Origin: an uncultured Tissierellaceae bacterium
GTDB lineage: Bacteria > Bacillota > Clostridia > Tissierellales > Tissierellaceae
Reading direction: 5' to 3'
NCBI GenBank assembly: GCA_964484955.1
Contig: CAZAGS010000001.1
Coordinates: forward strand, 8,037-72,036
Length of the DNA: 64,000 nt
Shown here in pieces: positions 28,177 to 38,717 of this stretch. Position numbers and translations under genes: made by a program. The stretch's first letter is position 1; each line of letters starts with the position of its first letter. The notes under the pieces are model-generated. The model ran no database searches. It was not told where the DNA came from and saw only the letters and a program-made list of their open reading frames with translations.

Positions 28177-29064
28177 CTAAATTAGTACTTTGTCCATCTT
28201 TAAAAATTGTTCATTCTCTGTTGCTAATATCTTTCCAATACCTATGAATTTCTCCATACAATAAATTCTTAAAGGAGTATTATAAACTATATCCGTATCC
28301 TTACCTATACTTAATTTTACTCCATTTATAAGTTTATTATAAAGATTGTTAGGAACTACTAATTCTCCTAAATGGGAAATCGCTAAATCCATAGGAGTTA
28401 ATAAATCTTTTATATTGCTTTTAGACAAATTTTTAAGAAAATCCATTCCATATGAATTTTCTAAGGTGAAATTACCTACTCCTACTCTTATTAGATAAGA
28501 CATATGCCCATATGTTTTTAAATCAAATCCTATGTCATGGCATAGGGTTCTAATATAAGTTCCTTTGGAACATTTTGTATAGAAAAAAATCTTTTTACCC
28601 TCTTTTATATTCATTATATCTAAATTATAAATATTAACTTGTCGGGATTTTCTTTCTACTTCAATACCTTGTCTGGCTAATTCATATAATCTTTTACCAT
28701 TAACACGTATGGCTGAATACATAGGAGGAGTTTGTGTAATTTTCCCCTGATATTTTGAAAATGTCTTTTCTATCTCTTCATCAGTTACTAGTAAGTCAGA
28801 TCTATTAATAATACTACCATCACTATCAAGCGTATCCGTTGAAGACCCTAAGGTTAATTCTCCAATATACTCTTTATCAACATCTAGCAGATATTCTGAA
28901 ATTCTAGTAGCTTTACCAATACAAATTGGTAATACTCCAATAGCATTTGGATCTAAAGTTCCAGTATGTCCTATCTTTTTAATATTTAATAGTTTCCGAA
29001 AGAAATAAACTGCATCATGGGATGTCATACCCTTTGGTTTTAAAAAATTAATTACACCATCCAT
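28177..29064 (-). CDS. truB: tRNA pseudouridine(55) synthase TruB
   Basis: TruB motifs (GVINFLKPKGMTSHD, GHTGTLDPNAIGVLPI, PPMYSA). Confidence 0.93.
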   Translation of the reverse strand: MDGVINFLKPKGMTSHDAVYFFRKLLNIKKIGHTGTLDPNAIGVLPICIGKATRISEYLLDVDKEYIGELTLGSSTDTLDSDGSIINRSDLLVTDEEIEKTFSKYQGKITQTPPMYSAIRVNGKRLYELARQGIEVERKSRQVNIYNLDIMNIKEGKKIFFYTKCSKGTYIRTLCHDIGFDLKTYGHMSYLIRVGVGNFTLENSYGMDFLKNLSKSNIKDLLTPMDLAISHLGELVVPNNLYNKLINGVKLSIGKDTDIVYNTPLRIYCMEKFIGIGKILATENEQFLKMDKVLI

Positions 29065-29068
29065 TTAA

Positions 29069-30043
29069 TCACCTAAAATATTCCTTAATTTTATCTACTA
29101 TTATGGTTTCCGACTTCTGTATATTTTCATATATTGTACCGCCTGCGGCTCTTATATGACCCCCACCATTGAAGTTTTTAAGTATTTCTGAAACATCAAT
29201 GTACTTTTTACTTCTCATAGAAATTTTCGTCTTTTTTTCTTCTGATTCTTTTAATATGCAAGCTACTTCAACTGGTTCTATTTCTCTAACAAAAGAAATG
29301 ATTCCTTCTGTATCATCTAATATGGTCCCAGTTTCTTCTAACATTTTTTGTGTTACATGAACAACTGCAATTTTATTGTCATTATATAGATTTAGAGTTG
29401 ATAATACATTTATAAATAGCTGGGTTTTTTCTAAGGATCTGCTACCGTATAATTGTATATTTATATCTGCCTTATCTATTCCCGCTCTAATTAAATCAGC
29501 AATAACATCATGAGTCTCAGCACTTACATTATCATAAATAAAGCTTCCCGTATCTGTGCTTATTCCAGTGTAAAGGCAGCTAGCAATATCAGGATCAATT
29601 TCTATATCTAAGTTTTTTATTAAATGATATATTATCTCACCTGTTGAAGAAATTTTTTCTTCAACTAAATTAACATCCGCAAAATTAGTATTGCTAACAT
29701 GATGATCTATATTTATTGTGTTTTTAGCAATTTCTAATAGTACTTTATTACTAGCTAGTCTGTCTGCATCTCCACAATCAAGTGCAATGAAAAGATCAGG
29801 GGAAACCATGTCCCCACTATATTCTTTATATAAGTTTAATCCAGGTAAAAATCTATAATCTCTGGGAATTTCACCTGGAGAGATTGGAATTATATTTTTA
29901 TTCATCTTTCTTAAGGCCATAGTTAAAGCTAAAGTAGATCCTATGCTATCTCCATCAGGATTTATGTGAGAAGCAATATAAATATTATTAGAGCTTCTAA
30001 TTAATTCTATAACTTTATCCATATTCTTAAAGAGTTTCTTCAT
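29069..30043 (-). CDS. nrnA: DHH/DHHA1 phosphoesterase (NrnA-type oligoribonuclease / pAp phosphatase)
   Basis: DHH motifs (HINPDGDSIGS, DCGD, IDHH, DTGSF) and the DHHA1 GGGH motif. Confidence 0.85.
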   Translation of the reverse strand: MKKLFKNMDKVIELIRSSNNIYIASHINPDGDSIGSTLALTMALRKMNKNIIPISPGEIPRDYRFLPGLNLYKEYSGDMVSPDLFIALDCGDADRLASNKVLLEIAKNTINIDHHVSNTNFADVNLVEEKISSTGEIIYHLIKNLDIEIDPDIASCLYTGISTDTGSFIYDNVSAETHDVIADLIRAGIDKADINIQLYGSRSLEKTQLFINVLSTLNLYNDNKIAVVHVTQKMLEETGTILDDTEGIISFVREIEPVEVACILKESEEKKTKISMRSKKYIDVSEILKNFNGGGHIRAAGGTIYENIQKSETIIVDKIKEYFR

Positions 30044-30413
30044 TAGTATTTTCCTTGTTCTTATTGTCTTCTTTACTAACTTTATTAATTAAGTCAGTCA
30101 TATACATGGCCTTTTCAATAGACTCATCTAAAACGAAAATAGGTACGGGCACAACCCTTAAGTCTACCTTTTTAGCTATTTCTTTTCTAATGAATCCTTT
30201 TGCACTTAATAAGCCTTGTAAAGATTCTTCTTTCTCCTTTTGGCTTCCAAGAACAGAGATATAAATTTTAGCAAAACTTAAATCCCTAGTTACCTCAACA
30301 TTAGTTACACTAGTGAGGGGATGGACTCTTGGGTCCTTTAATCCATTATAAAGTAATTCTGATACTACCTTTTTTACTTCTTCTGATATTCTATTAACTC
30401 TCTGGTTTTTCAT
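30027..30413 (-). CDS. rbfA: Ribosome-binding factor A
   Basis: RbfA family sequence (RVNRISEEVKKVVSELL...DPRV...VTNVEVTRDLSFAKIY). Confidence 0.92.
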   Translation of the reverse strand: MKNQRVNRISEEVKKVVSELLYNGLKDPRVHPLTSVTNVEVTRDLSFAKIYISVLGSQKEKEESLQGLLSAKGFIRKEIAKKVDLRVVPVPIFVLDESIEKAMYMTDLINKVSKEDNKNKENTNEETL

Positions 30414-30426
30414 TATTATACCTCTC

Positions 30427-32466
30427 TTATCTTTCTACTTCTTTAAGAATATATGCTTCAAACATATCTCCTTCTTTTAGGTCATTGTATCCATCAAGTC
30501 CCAACCCAGCTTCATAGCCAGTTTGAACTTCTCTAACATCATCTTTAAATCTCTTAAGTGATGATATACCGCCTTCAAATATTACAACATCATCTCTTAA
30601 TAATCTAATTTTTGAGTTTCTTGTTATTTTACCACTCATTACATATATCCCTGCAATTGTATGACTGTTAGGTAATCTAAATGTAGCTCTAACTTGAGCT
30701 CTACCTAATACTTCTTCTACAATTTTAGGAGCGTGCATACCTTTTACGGCTGCCTGAATATCTTCTATTGCTTCATATATTACCCTATAGGTTCTAATAT
30801 CAACACTTTCATTTTTAGCTATTTCAATTGCCGATAGATTAGGTCTTACATTAAATCCAATTACAATAGCATTAGATGCTGAAGCTAGCATTATATCTGT
30901 TTCCGTAATACCACCTACACCACCATGTATAGTATTGATTCTAACTTCATCTGTATCTAGCTTTGCTAAGGATTGAGTAAGAGCCTCAATTGAACCTCTA
31001 ACGTCACCTTTAACTATAATATTTAAATCTTTAACTTCACCAAGAGCAATTTTTTCATATAAGTCGTCTAGTGAAACTTTTGAAGTTTGCTTCATTTGTT
31101 GTTCTCTTATTCTATCACGTCTTTTGTTGGCATGACTTCTTGCAGCTTTCTCATCCTTTACAACATAAAGTAAATCTCCAGCGTTAGGAACTTCAGACAA
31201 TCCTAAAATTACTACAGGTATTGAAGGTCCAGCTTTTTTTACTCTCTTTCCTTTATCATCAATCATTGCTCTAATTCTACCACTAGCTAAACCAGATACA
31301 ACCATATCTCCTACTTTTAAAGTTCCTTTTTGAACAAGAACTGTTGCTAAAGGACCTTTACCTTTATCTAATTGAGCTTCAACAATTGTACCAACAGCAG
31401 TTCTATTTGGATTTGCTTTAAATTCTTGCATTTCTGCTACTAGTAAGATCATTTCTAGTAACTCATCTATTCCTTCTTTGTTCTTTGCAGAAACCGGAAC
31501 AGTGATAGTATCACCACCCCAATCTTCAGGCATTAGACCATTTTCTACTAAACCTTGCTTTATTCTGTCAACATCAGCATCTGGCTTATCCATTTTATTT
31601 ATAGCAACTATTATTGGTACTCCAGCTGCCTTTGCATGAGAAATTGCTTCTATGGTTTGTGGCATAACACCATCATCTGCTGCTACAACCAAAATGGCAA
31701 TATCTGTAATTTGAGCACCCCTAGCCCTCATTGAAGTAAATGCCTCGTGACCAGGTGTATCTAAGAAAGTTACTTTTTTATCATTTACATTTACTGTATA
31801 GGCACCAATATGCTGAGTTATTCCTCCAGCTTCTTTTGCAGTTACACTAGTTTCTTTTATAGCATCTAGTAGTGAGGTTTTACCATGGTCAACGTGTCCC
31901 ATTACAGTTACAACTGCTGGTCTTGCTTTTAATGTTTCAGGTAAATCTTCGAAGTCCAAGTCAATATTATCATCTATTTCTTCTTCTTCTTCAACTTCAT
32001 CGCTTTCTAATACCCTAACTTCCACACCAAATTCTTCTGCTATAATAGTAGCTATTTCAGAATCGATTGCTTGGTTTTGATTAACCATAACTCCCATTTG
32101 GATTAATTTCGTAATTACTTGTGATGAATTTACTTCTAATTTATCTGCCAAATCTTTTACTATTATACTTTCTTCAATCTCTATAATAAGCTCATCCCCT
32201 TCCGTCTTGGATACTTCTTCATTGCTAATGTTTTTTTCAACTTTCTTTTTCTTTTTACTGCTGTAATTTACTTTTTCTTCTACATCTACTTCTAGATCTA
32301 AAGCTACTTCTTCAGTAAATAACTCAAGAATTAATTTAGCATCCCCTTCATCTATTGTACTCATATGACTACTTACATTAATATCAAGGTCTGCTACCTT
32401 ATCGATTAATTCTTTACTACTAATATTCAATTCCTTCGCTAATTCATATAATCTGACTTTTGTCAT
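30427..32466 (-). CDS. infB: Translation initiation factor IF-2
   Basis: N-terminal MTKVRLYELAKEL. GTPase motifs GHVDHGKT, DTPGH, NKMD. C-terminal IF2 domains. ATG at 32466 after a GGGGGTG SD. Confidence 0.96.
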   Translation of the reverse strand: MTKVRLYELAKELNISSKELIDKVADLDINVSSHMSTIDEGDAKLILELFTEEVALDLEVDVEEKVNYSSKKKKKVEKNISNEEVSKTEGDELIIEIEESIIVKDLADKLEVNSSQVITKLIQMGVMVNQNQAIDSEIATIIAEEFGVEVRVLESDEVEEEEEIDDNIDLDFEDLPETLKARPAVVTVMGHVDHGKTSLLDAIKETSVTAKEAGGITQHIGAYTVNVNDKKVTFLDTPGHEAFTSMRARGAQITDIAILVVAADDGVMPQTIEAISHAKAAGVPIIVAINKMDKPDADVDRIKQGLVENGLMPEDWGGDTITVPVSAKNKEGIDELLEMILLVAEMQEFKANPNRTAVGTIVEAQLDKGKGPLATVLVQKGTLKVGDMVVSGLASGRIRAMIDDKGKRVKKAGPSIPVVILGLSEVPNAGDLLYVVKDEKAARSHANKRRDRIREQQMKQTSKVSLDDLYEKIALGEVKDLNIIVKGDVRGSIEALTQSLAKLDTDEVRINTIHGGVGGITETDIMLASASNAIVIGFNVRPNLSAIEIAKNESVDIRTYRVIYEAIEDIQAAVKGMHAPKIVEEVLGRAQVRATFRLPNSHTIAGIYVMSGKITRNSKIRLLRDDVVIFEGGISSLKRFKDDVREVQTGYEAGLGLDGYNDLKEGDMFEAYILKEVER

Positions 32467-32500
32467 ATCATACACCCCCTATTTTAATTAAAGGTGATTT

Positions 32501-32776
32501 CTAACTTATATTATCTTCTTTAATATTTTCTTTCAGTTTTTCATATAATTCATTATTTATTTCAATTTGAAGAGCCCTAGAAATCTTCCTGTTCTTATGA
32601 GCCAATTCAAAACAATTTGTTGTTGGGCAAATATATGCACCACGTCCATTTACTTTTCCTGTCAAATCAACAAGAACTTCATCTTCTTTTGTCTTTACAA
32701 TTCTAATTAATTCTTTTTTACTTTTGTTTTCGCCACAGGAAATACATTTTCTTAGAGGAATCTTTTTTTGTTTCAA
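32501..32776 (-). CDS. ylxR: YlxR/RnpM-family RNA-binding protein (DUF448)
   Basis: PLRKCISC...ELIRIV...GRGAYIC motif set. Conserved position between nusA and infB. Confidence 0.85.
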   Translation of the reverse strand: MKQKKIPLRKCISCGENKSKKELIRIVKTKEDEVLVDLTGKVNGRGAYICPTTNCFELAHKNRKISRALQIEINNELYEKLKENIKEDNIS

Positions 32777-32789
32777 ATAATCACCTCAG

Positions 32790-33836
32790 TTATATTAATT
32801 TTTCTTCATACTGACTCTCAGATTTTATATCAATTTTCCAATTTGTTAATTTTGCTGCCAACCTTGCATTTTGTCCTTCCTTACCTATTGCCAAGGACAA
32901 CTGGTAGTCTGGAACTACTACCAATGCAGATTTTTCTTTTTCATTTACTTCTACTTTAACTACCTTTGATGGACTTAAGCTATTTCCAATAAATTCAGCT
33001 ATATCTTTGCTCCATACTACTATATCTATTTTTTCTCCATGTAATTCTTCTACAATTGCTCTAACTCTACTTCCTTTGAATCCAACACAGGCACCTAAAG
33101 GATCTACATCTGGGTCCTTAGAATAAACAGCAATTTTAGTTCGAGCTCCTGCTTCCCTTGCTATGGAGAATACTTCTACAACACCATCATTGATTTCAGG
33201 AATTTCTAATTCAAATAATCTTTTTACCAAACCTGGATGGGATCTAGAAAGAACTATTTGGGGTCCTTTAGTAGTTTTCTTTACTTCAGTGATGATTAAT
33301 TTCAACCTATCCCCTTGTTCATACTCCTCACCTTCTATTTGCTCCACTGGTGGAAGTATGCCTTCAGTTTTGCCCAAATCAACAAATACATTGTTTTTTG
33401 ATATTCTCTGAATGGACCCTGTGATAATCTCATTTTCTCGATTAATGAAATCATCATATATAACATCTCTTTCTGCATCTTTTATTCTTTGTATTACAAC
33501 CTGCTTAGCTGTTTGGGCTGCAATTCTTCCGAAATCCTTAGGTGTTATTTCTATTTTTATTAAATCACCTATTTCATTTTTATCACTAATCTTTTTAGCT
33601 TCATCTATACTTATTTCTAAATATGGGTCATTTACCACTTCTACAACATCTTTAGTGGAATAAACTAACACTTTTCCATTTTCCTTATTAATGTCTACAA
33701 GTACATTTTGTGCTGATCCAAAATTCTTCTTATAGCTTGAAATAAGTGCAGATTCTAAAGCATCAAAAATAACATCTGCGGATATGCCCTTTTCCTTCTC
33801 AATTTCATGTAGGGCATTAATAAAATCCTGATTCAT
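32790..33836 (-). CDS. nusA: Transcription termination/antitermination factor NusA
   Basis: NusA N-domain, an S1 domain, and two KH domains (GACVGFKGSRVRAIVEEL, AIGKEGQNARLAAKLT). Confidence 0.96.
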   Translation of the reverse strand: MNQDFINALHEIEKEKGISADVIFDALESALISSYKKNFGSAQNVLVDINKENGKVLVYSTKDVVEVVNDPYLEISIDEAKKISDKNEIGDLIKIEITPKDFGRIAAQTAKQVVIQRIKDAERDVIYDDFINRENEIITGSIQRISKNNVFVDLGKTEGILPPVEQIEGEEYEQGDRLKLIITEVKKTTKGPQIVLSRSHPGLVKRLFELEIPEINDGVVEVFSIAREAGARTKIAVYSKDPDVDPLGACVGFKGSRVRAIVEELHGEKIDIVVWSKDIAEFIGNSLSPSKVVKVEVNEKEKSALVVVPDYQLSLAIGKEGQNARLAAKLTNWKIDIKSESQYEEKLI

Positions 33837-33848
33837 TAAGTAACCTCC

Positions 33849-34310
33849 TTAAAATTTAATAGCTAATTTAATAATAGAAATTATTTCTTTTGGAATTTTG
33901 ATTGTATTATCTTCACTAGAAATTATTATCTCCATATTATTATAGTCTATTAACTTGCCTTCATAGTTTTTTCTATTGTCCATTGCTTTATATAATTTAA
34001 TTTCTATGTCTTTACCTAAATTACGTTTTAGGTCTTTATCTGTTTTAAGCGGCCTATCTAAACCTGGTGAGGAAACTTCTAAGTAATAGGCTTCTTTAAA
34101 TGGGTCATTTTCATCTAATTTTTCACTTAAAGCCATACTCATAGTTTGACAATCATCTAAAGTAATTCCACCTGCTTTATCAACATATACTCTAAGATAG
34201 TAACTTCCTGATTCCCGCACATATTCTACATCTACCAATTCGTAGCCTAAATCCTTAGCTAGAGCTTCGCATATATCTTTTACTGACTTTAGTACTGCCT
34301 TTTTACTCAT
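33849..34310 (-). CDS. rimP: Ribosome maturation factor RimP
   Basis: RimP family sequence (GYELVDVEY...YLRVYVDK.GGITLDDC...EVSSPGLDRPLK). ATG at 34310 with a GGAGGG SD. Confidence 0.9.
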   Translation of the reverse strand: MSKKAVLKSVKDICEALAKDLGYELVDVEYVRESGSYYLRVYVDKAGGITLDDCQTMSMALSEKLDENDPFKEAYYLEVSSPGLDRPLKTDKDLKRNLGKDIEIKLYKAMDNRKNYEGKLIDYNNMEIIISSEDNTIKIPKEIISIIKLAIKF

Positions 34311-34339
34311 AAAAATTCCCTCCATAAATCATTTTGATA

Positions 34340-34370
34340 AAAAAGTAAGAGTGGGATTCCCCCACTCTTT
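34340..34370 (-). terminator. Rho-independent terminator after polC / leader attenuator of the rimP-nusA operon
   Basis: On the - strand: AAGAGTGGG-ggaat-CCCACTCTT followed by ACTTTTTTATC. Lies between a candidate promoter and the rimP SD. Confidence 0.7.
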
Positions 34371-34396
34371 GCCCAAACCTTACTATTGTCACAATT

Positions 34397-34425
34397 ATTA
34401 TATCATTGTATTAATAGAAAATCAA
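34397..34425 (-). promoter_or_regulatory. Candidate rimP-nusA promoter (-35 TTGATT, 17-nt spacer, extended -10 TGaTATAAT)
   Basis: On the - strand: TTGATT (34425-34420, overlapping the polC stop), 17 nt, TATAAT (34402-34397) preceded by TG. Confidence 0.5.
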
Positions 34426-37400
34426 ATATTAAAAAGGCTAATTTGATTGCTTTCAGGCAAATCTCCAAGACATCCATGATTTGACAATGCTTCAATTACA
34501 GTTCTACTTACTTTGGCTCTTTGTACAAGGTCCTCTATACTCATAAATCTTGAGATTTCCCTTTCTTCAACAATTTTCCTTGCAGCATTCTCACCAACTC
34601 CATCTAAGCCTTTTAAAGGTGGTAAAATACCATTTTCTCCTATAATAAATCTATCACTATCAGATCTATATAAGTCTACATTTTCAAACTTGTAGCCCCT
34701 AGCATACATTTCTAATGCAACTTCTAAGACTACTTGTAAGTTTTTTTCTTTAGATGTAGCCATATTTCCATTAGCTTCTATTTCTAGAATCTTTTCCTTT
34801 ATATTTTCTTTACCACTTAAGATTAATTGCCCATCAAAGTCTGCGGCTTTTATAGTAAAGTAAGTAGCATAAAAGGCTTCTGGGTGATAAACTTTAAAAT
34901 AAGCAATTCTAAAAGACATCATAACATAAGCAACTGCATGTGCTTTTGGAAACATGTATTTAATTTTGTTACATGAATCTATATACCAATCTGGAAGGCT
35001 TAACTGCCTCATACTTGCTTCATCTTCTTCTGTTAACCCTTTCCCCTTACGAACCTTTTCCATAATCCAAAAGGCCTTTTGGCTGTCCATACCAGCATTA
35101 ATAAGGTACAACATAATATCCTCTCTAGTGGATATTACTTTTGATAGTGGTGCTATATTATTTTTAACAAGTTCCTGTGCATTATTAATCCATACATCAG
35201 TTCCATGTGATAGACCACTTATTCTAACTAATTCAGAAAAAGTATTAGGATTTGTTTCCACTAGCATTTGTCTAACAAACCTTGTACCAAATTCTGGAAT
35301 ACCAAGTGTTCCTACTTCACAATTAATATCCTCTTTACTTATACCCAAGGATTCAGTGCCTGTAAATAATTTCATAGTTTTCTCTTCATCTAAGGGTATT
35401 GTAGTCGGATCTACACCTGTTATATCTTCTAACATTCTGATAATTGTTGGAACATCATGTCCTAGAATATCTAGTTTTAGTATTCTTCCACTAATAGCAT
35501 TATAGTCAAAATGTGTAGTTATTACACCTGACTTACTATCATTAGCTGGATATTGAATTGGAGTAAAGTCGTATATATGCTTATAATTTGGCACAATCAT
35601 TACTCCGCCAGGATGCTGTCCAGAACTTCTTTTAACTCCTGTTAATCCACGAAGTAGTCTATTAGTTTCTGCAGGATTAACATTTATTTCTTTTTGTTCA
35701 AAATACTTTTTTACAAAGCCATAAGCTGTCTTATCTGCAATAGTACCTATGGTTCCAGCTCTAAATACAAATCCTTCACCAAATAGTTCTTCTGTATATC
35801 TATGAGCATTGGATTGATATTCTCCTGCAAAGTTTAAATCTATATCAGGTTCTTTGTCTCCTTCAAAACCAAGGAATACTTCAAATGGAATATCCTGACC
35901 ATCTTTAATTAACTTAGTATGGCAATTTGGACATTCTTTATCTGGTAAGTCTGATCCAGATGCAATACTACCATCTTCAAAGAATTCACTAAACTTACAA
36001 TTAGGGCATACATAATGGGGTACCAGTGGATTTACCTCTGTAATTCCACTCATAGTTGCAGCAAAGGAAGAACCAACAGAGCCTCTAGACCCTACTAGAT
36101 AGCCATCTTCATTTGATTTCCAAACTAACTTTTGAGCTATTATATACATTACTGCATATCCATTTTTTATAATTGAATTTAATTCCCTATCCAACCTCTT
36201 TTTTACTATTTCAGGTAGTGTATCCCCATATATTTCATGAGCCTTTGTATAAGTTATTGTTTTTAACTCTTGCTCTGACCCTTCTATAATTGGAGGATAT
36301 GTTCCATCTGGTATAGGTTTAATATTATCTACCATATCATTAATTTTATTAGTATTTGTAATAACTACTTCTTCAGCTATCTCATGACCTAAATATGAAA
36401 ATTCTTCTAGCATTTGATCTGTAGTCTTGAAATACAATGGAGGCTGTAAATCAGCATCTGAAAATCCTTGACCTGTCATAAGAATTCTCCTATATACCTC
36501 ATCCTCCGGATTTAGAAAATGCACATCACCAGTAGCCACAACTAATTTATTATACTTTTTCCCTAAATCATATATCTTTTTATTTATTGATTGTAAATGT
36601 TCTTCATCCCTTACAATTCCATTTCTAACTAAGTGCAGATTATTAGCAGTTGGTTGTATTTCTAAATAATCATAAAATTTAATTATATTTCTGATTTCAT
36701 TATCACTTCTACTTTTTACGATTGCCTTATAAAGTTCACCAGCCTCGCAAGCACTACCTATAATTAAACCTTCTCTATTTGCCTCTATAAATGATTTTGG
36801 CAATCTTGGCCTTCTATGAAAATATTTTAAATGGGATTCTGATACTAATTTATATAAATTTTTAAGACCTACTAAATTTTTAACTAATAATATTATATGA
36901 AAAGTTTCATCCTTCTTATTATCATGGTCAGTTCTTAGATTGTTAATTTGGTCAAAAGTATTTACACCTTTTTCCTCTAATATGCTTAATGTTTTTAAAA
37001 ATATGTCCTTTGTTGCAGTGGCATCATCTAATGCCCTATGATGATTCTCTAAATCTATATCTAAATGATTAGCTATAGTATCAAGTTTGTGATTTTTTAA
37101 AGTAGGAAATATTATCCTAGCTAACTCTAGAGTGTCTATAATAGGATTATCTAAATCTAAATTTACTTGTTTCATTCTTTCTCTAATAAATCCAATATCA
37201 AATGATGCATTATGGGCTACCAAAACGCTATCCTTAATAAATTCTTTAAATGATTTTATTACTTGATCAATTTTAGGTTTATCGCTAACCATTTCATTAG
37301 TAATACCAGTAAGATTAGTTATAAAAGAAGAAATTGGCCTCTCTGGATTAATTAATTGGCTAAATACATCTATAACTTCCCCATTTTTGACTTTAACCCC

Positions 37401-38681
37401 ACCAATCTCTGTTATCATATCATTAATTGATGAAAGTCCCGTAGTTTCAATATCAAATACTACATACTCATCATATATTTGTGTAGAATCATAATTAGTA
37501 ATTATGTCCTTTTTATCATTAATCATATAAGCTTCTAAACCATAGATCATCTTTACTCCTAATTTATCCGCTAGTTCCATACCCTCTGGAAAAGCTTGTA
37601 CTACTCCATGATCAGTAATAGCAATGGCCTTATGTCCCCATTTATGAGCTCTCTTTACTAAACTTGTTAGGCTAGAGATACCATCCATGGAGCTCATTTT
37701 AGTGTGTAAATGAAGTTCTACTCTTTTATTTTCAGATTTATCTTCTACTTCTATTTTATTTAATCTTGTCAGTGATTTTAGCATACAAACAATACCCTTT
37801 GAAAAATTATCATAGGTAATATCACCTTCAAGTATTACATGAGAATCTTCAGGTAAATTATCTAAAAGCTCATTAGCTTGTTCTTTTGATAAAAATGTTT
37901 TAACAGTAATAGAATCTGTTCTATCTGATATATTAAAAGTAATAAGTAACTTATCACCCCGAATTTCTCTACTTTCTATTTGAAATATATCTCCTTTTAT
38001 AACTGCAGAGCCTGTTTGTATATTGATATCGCTTACTTTAATAGTCTCATTTTTTATGGCTTTACCAAGACTATAGTTTTTTAAGGTTTTTTTCTTTGAA
38101 GATGAAGTATTACCTTTTTGAACATTTACCATTATATCCTTAGATATTTTGTTTTCCTCTAACTTCTTTTCTTCAAGAAACATATCTGATGAAATTGTTT
38201 TATCTTCAATGATTTCCAATATTAATTTACATTTTAAGTCATTTTCTACTTTGCTTCTAAGTTCATTCATTAGGCCATTTCTCTCCATTGAAAAACTAGC
38301 CATTTGATTTGGAGGTATTATTGTTAGTACATCATCCAGCTTTTTCCATTTAAGTTCATTGATCCAAGAGCTACTTGATGGGATGGACTCTTGAATAATA
38401 TGTTTTAAATCCATTATATAAGTGTCCATATCCAATTTATCTATTACAAGATCAGAAACAATATCCATAGTCAAATTAAATTCTGTAAAATTATCTTTTA
38501 GTAATTCTTCTACATCATTATATTCTGCTGTATTCAGTATTTTATTACTCCTCATTTCTAAGTGTAAATCCATTTTTTCCTTTATAATTTTTACTCCTGT
38601 GATTAATATGTTAAATTCTTTAAGATAATTATATTTATCATTATTTATCATTTGATTTAGATTAATAGCTTTCTTCTCCAT
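34422..38681 (-). CDS. polC: DNA polymerase III PolC-type (Gram-positive replicative polymerase with intrinsic 3'-5' exonuclease)
   Basis: PHP domain (VELHLHTKMSSMDG) interrupted by a DEDD exonuclease (VVFDIETTG...HNASFD...HRALDD). Zn finger (CPNC...CPNC). Pol III alpha core. ATG at 38681 with a GGGGGA SD. Confidence 0.97.
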   Translation of the reverse strand: MEKKAINLNQMINNDKYNYLKEFNILITGVKIIKEKMDLHLEMRSNKILNTAEYNDVEELLKDNFTEFNLTMDIVSDLVIDKLDMDTYIMDLKHIIQESIPSSSSWINELKWKKLDDVLTIIPPNQMASFSMERNGLMNELRSKVENDLKCKLILEIIEDKTISSDMFLEEKKLEENKISKDIMVNVQKGNTSSSKKKTLKNYSLGKAIKNETIKVSDINIQTGSAVIKGDIFQIESREIRGDKLLITFNISDRTDSITVKTFLSKEQANELLDNLPEDSHVILEGDITYDNFSKGIVCMLKSLTRLNKIEVEDKSENKRVELHLHTKMSSMDGISSLTSLVKRAHKWGHKAIAITDHGVVQAFPEGMELADKLGVKMIYGLEAYMINDKKDIITNYDSTQIYDEYVVFDIETTGLSSINDMITEIGGVKVKNGEVIDVFSQLINPERPISSFITNLTGITNEMVSDKPKIDQVIKSFKEFIKDSVLVAHNASFDIGFIRERMKQVNLDLDNPIIDTLELARIIFPTLKNHKLDTIANHLDIDLENHHRALDDATATKDIFLKTLSILEEKGVNTFDQINNLRTDHDNKKDETFHIILLVKNLVGLKNLYKLVSESHLKYFHRRPRLPKSFIEANREGLIIGSACEAGELYKAIVKSRSDNEIRNIIKFYDYLEIQPTANNLHLVRNGIVRDEEHLQSINKKIYDLGKKYNKLVVATGDVHFLNPEDEVYRRILMTGQGFSDADLQPPLYFKTTDQMLEEFSYLGHEIAEEVVITNTNKINDMVDNIKPIPDGTYPPIIEGSEQELKTITYTKAHEIYGDTLPEIVKKRLDRELNSIIKNGYAVMYIIAQKLVWKSNEDGYLVGSRGSVGSSFAATMSGITEVNPLVPHYVCPNCKFSEFFEDGSIASGSDLPDKECPNCHTKLIKDGQDIPFEVFLGFEGDKEPDIDLNFAGEYQSNAHRYTEELFGEGFVFRAGTIGTIADKTAYGFVKKYFEQKEINVNPAETNRLLRGLTGVKRSSGQHPGGVMIVPNYKHIYDFTPIQYPANDSKSGVITTHFDYNAISGRILKLDILGHDVPTIIRMLEDITGVDPTTIPLDEEKTMKLFTGTESLGISKEDINCEVGTLGIPEFGTRFVRQMLVETNPNTFSELVRISGLSHGTDVWINNAQELVKNNIAPLSKVISTREDIMLYLINAGMDSQKAFWIMEKVRKGKGLTEEDEASMRQLSLPDWYIDSCNKIKYMFPKAHAVAYVMMSFRIAYFKVYHPEAFYATYFTIKAADFDGQLILSGKENIKEKILEIEANGNMATSKEKNLQVVLEVALEMYARGYKFENVDLYRSDSDRFIIGENGILPPLKGLDGVGENAARKIVEEREISRFMSIEDLVQRAKVSRTVIEALSNHGCLGDLPESNQISLFNI

Positions 38682-38717
38682 ATAAATATCCCCCTTATCC
38701 ACTATGGGATATAATAT

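Noticed and set aside
34954-35505. 183-aa + strand ORF antisense to polC. Similar long antisense ORFs occur at 38704-39186, 24832-25251, 17628-18017, 59357-59740, 56169-56525 and 25825-26139.
   Set aside because: All lie entirely inside well-supported - strand genes. Their Ser/Ile/Leu/Phe-rich low-complexity composition is typical of the antisense frame of AT-rich coding DNA. They have no SD and no recognisable motifs.
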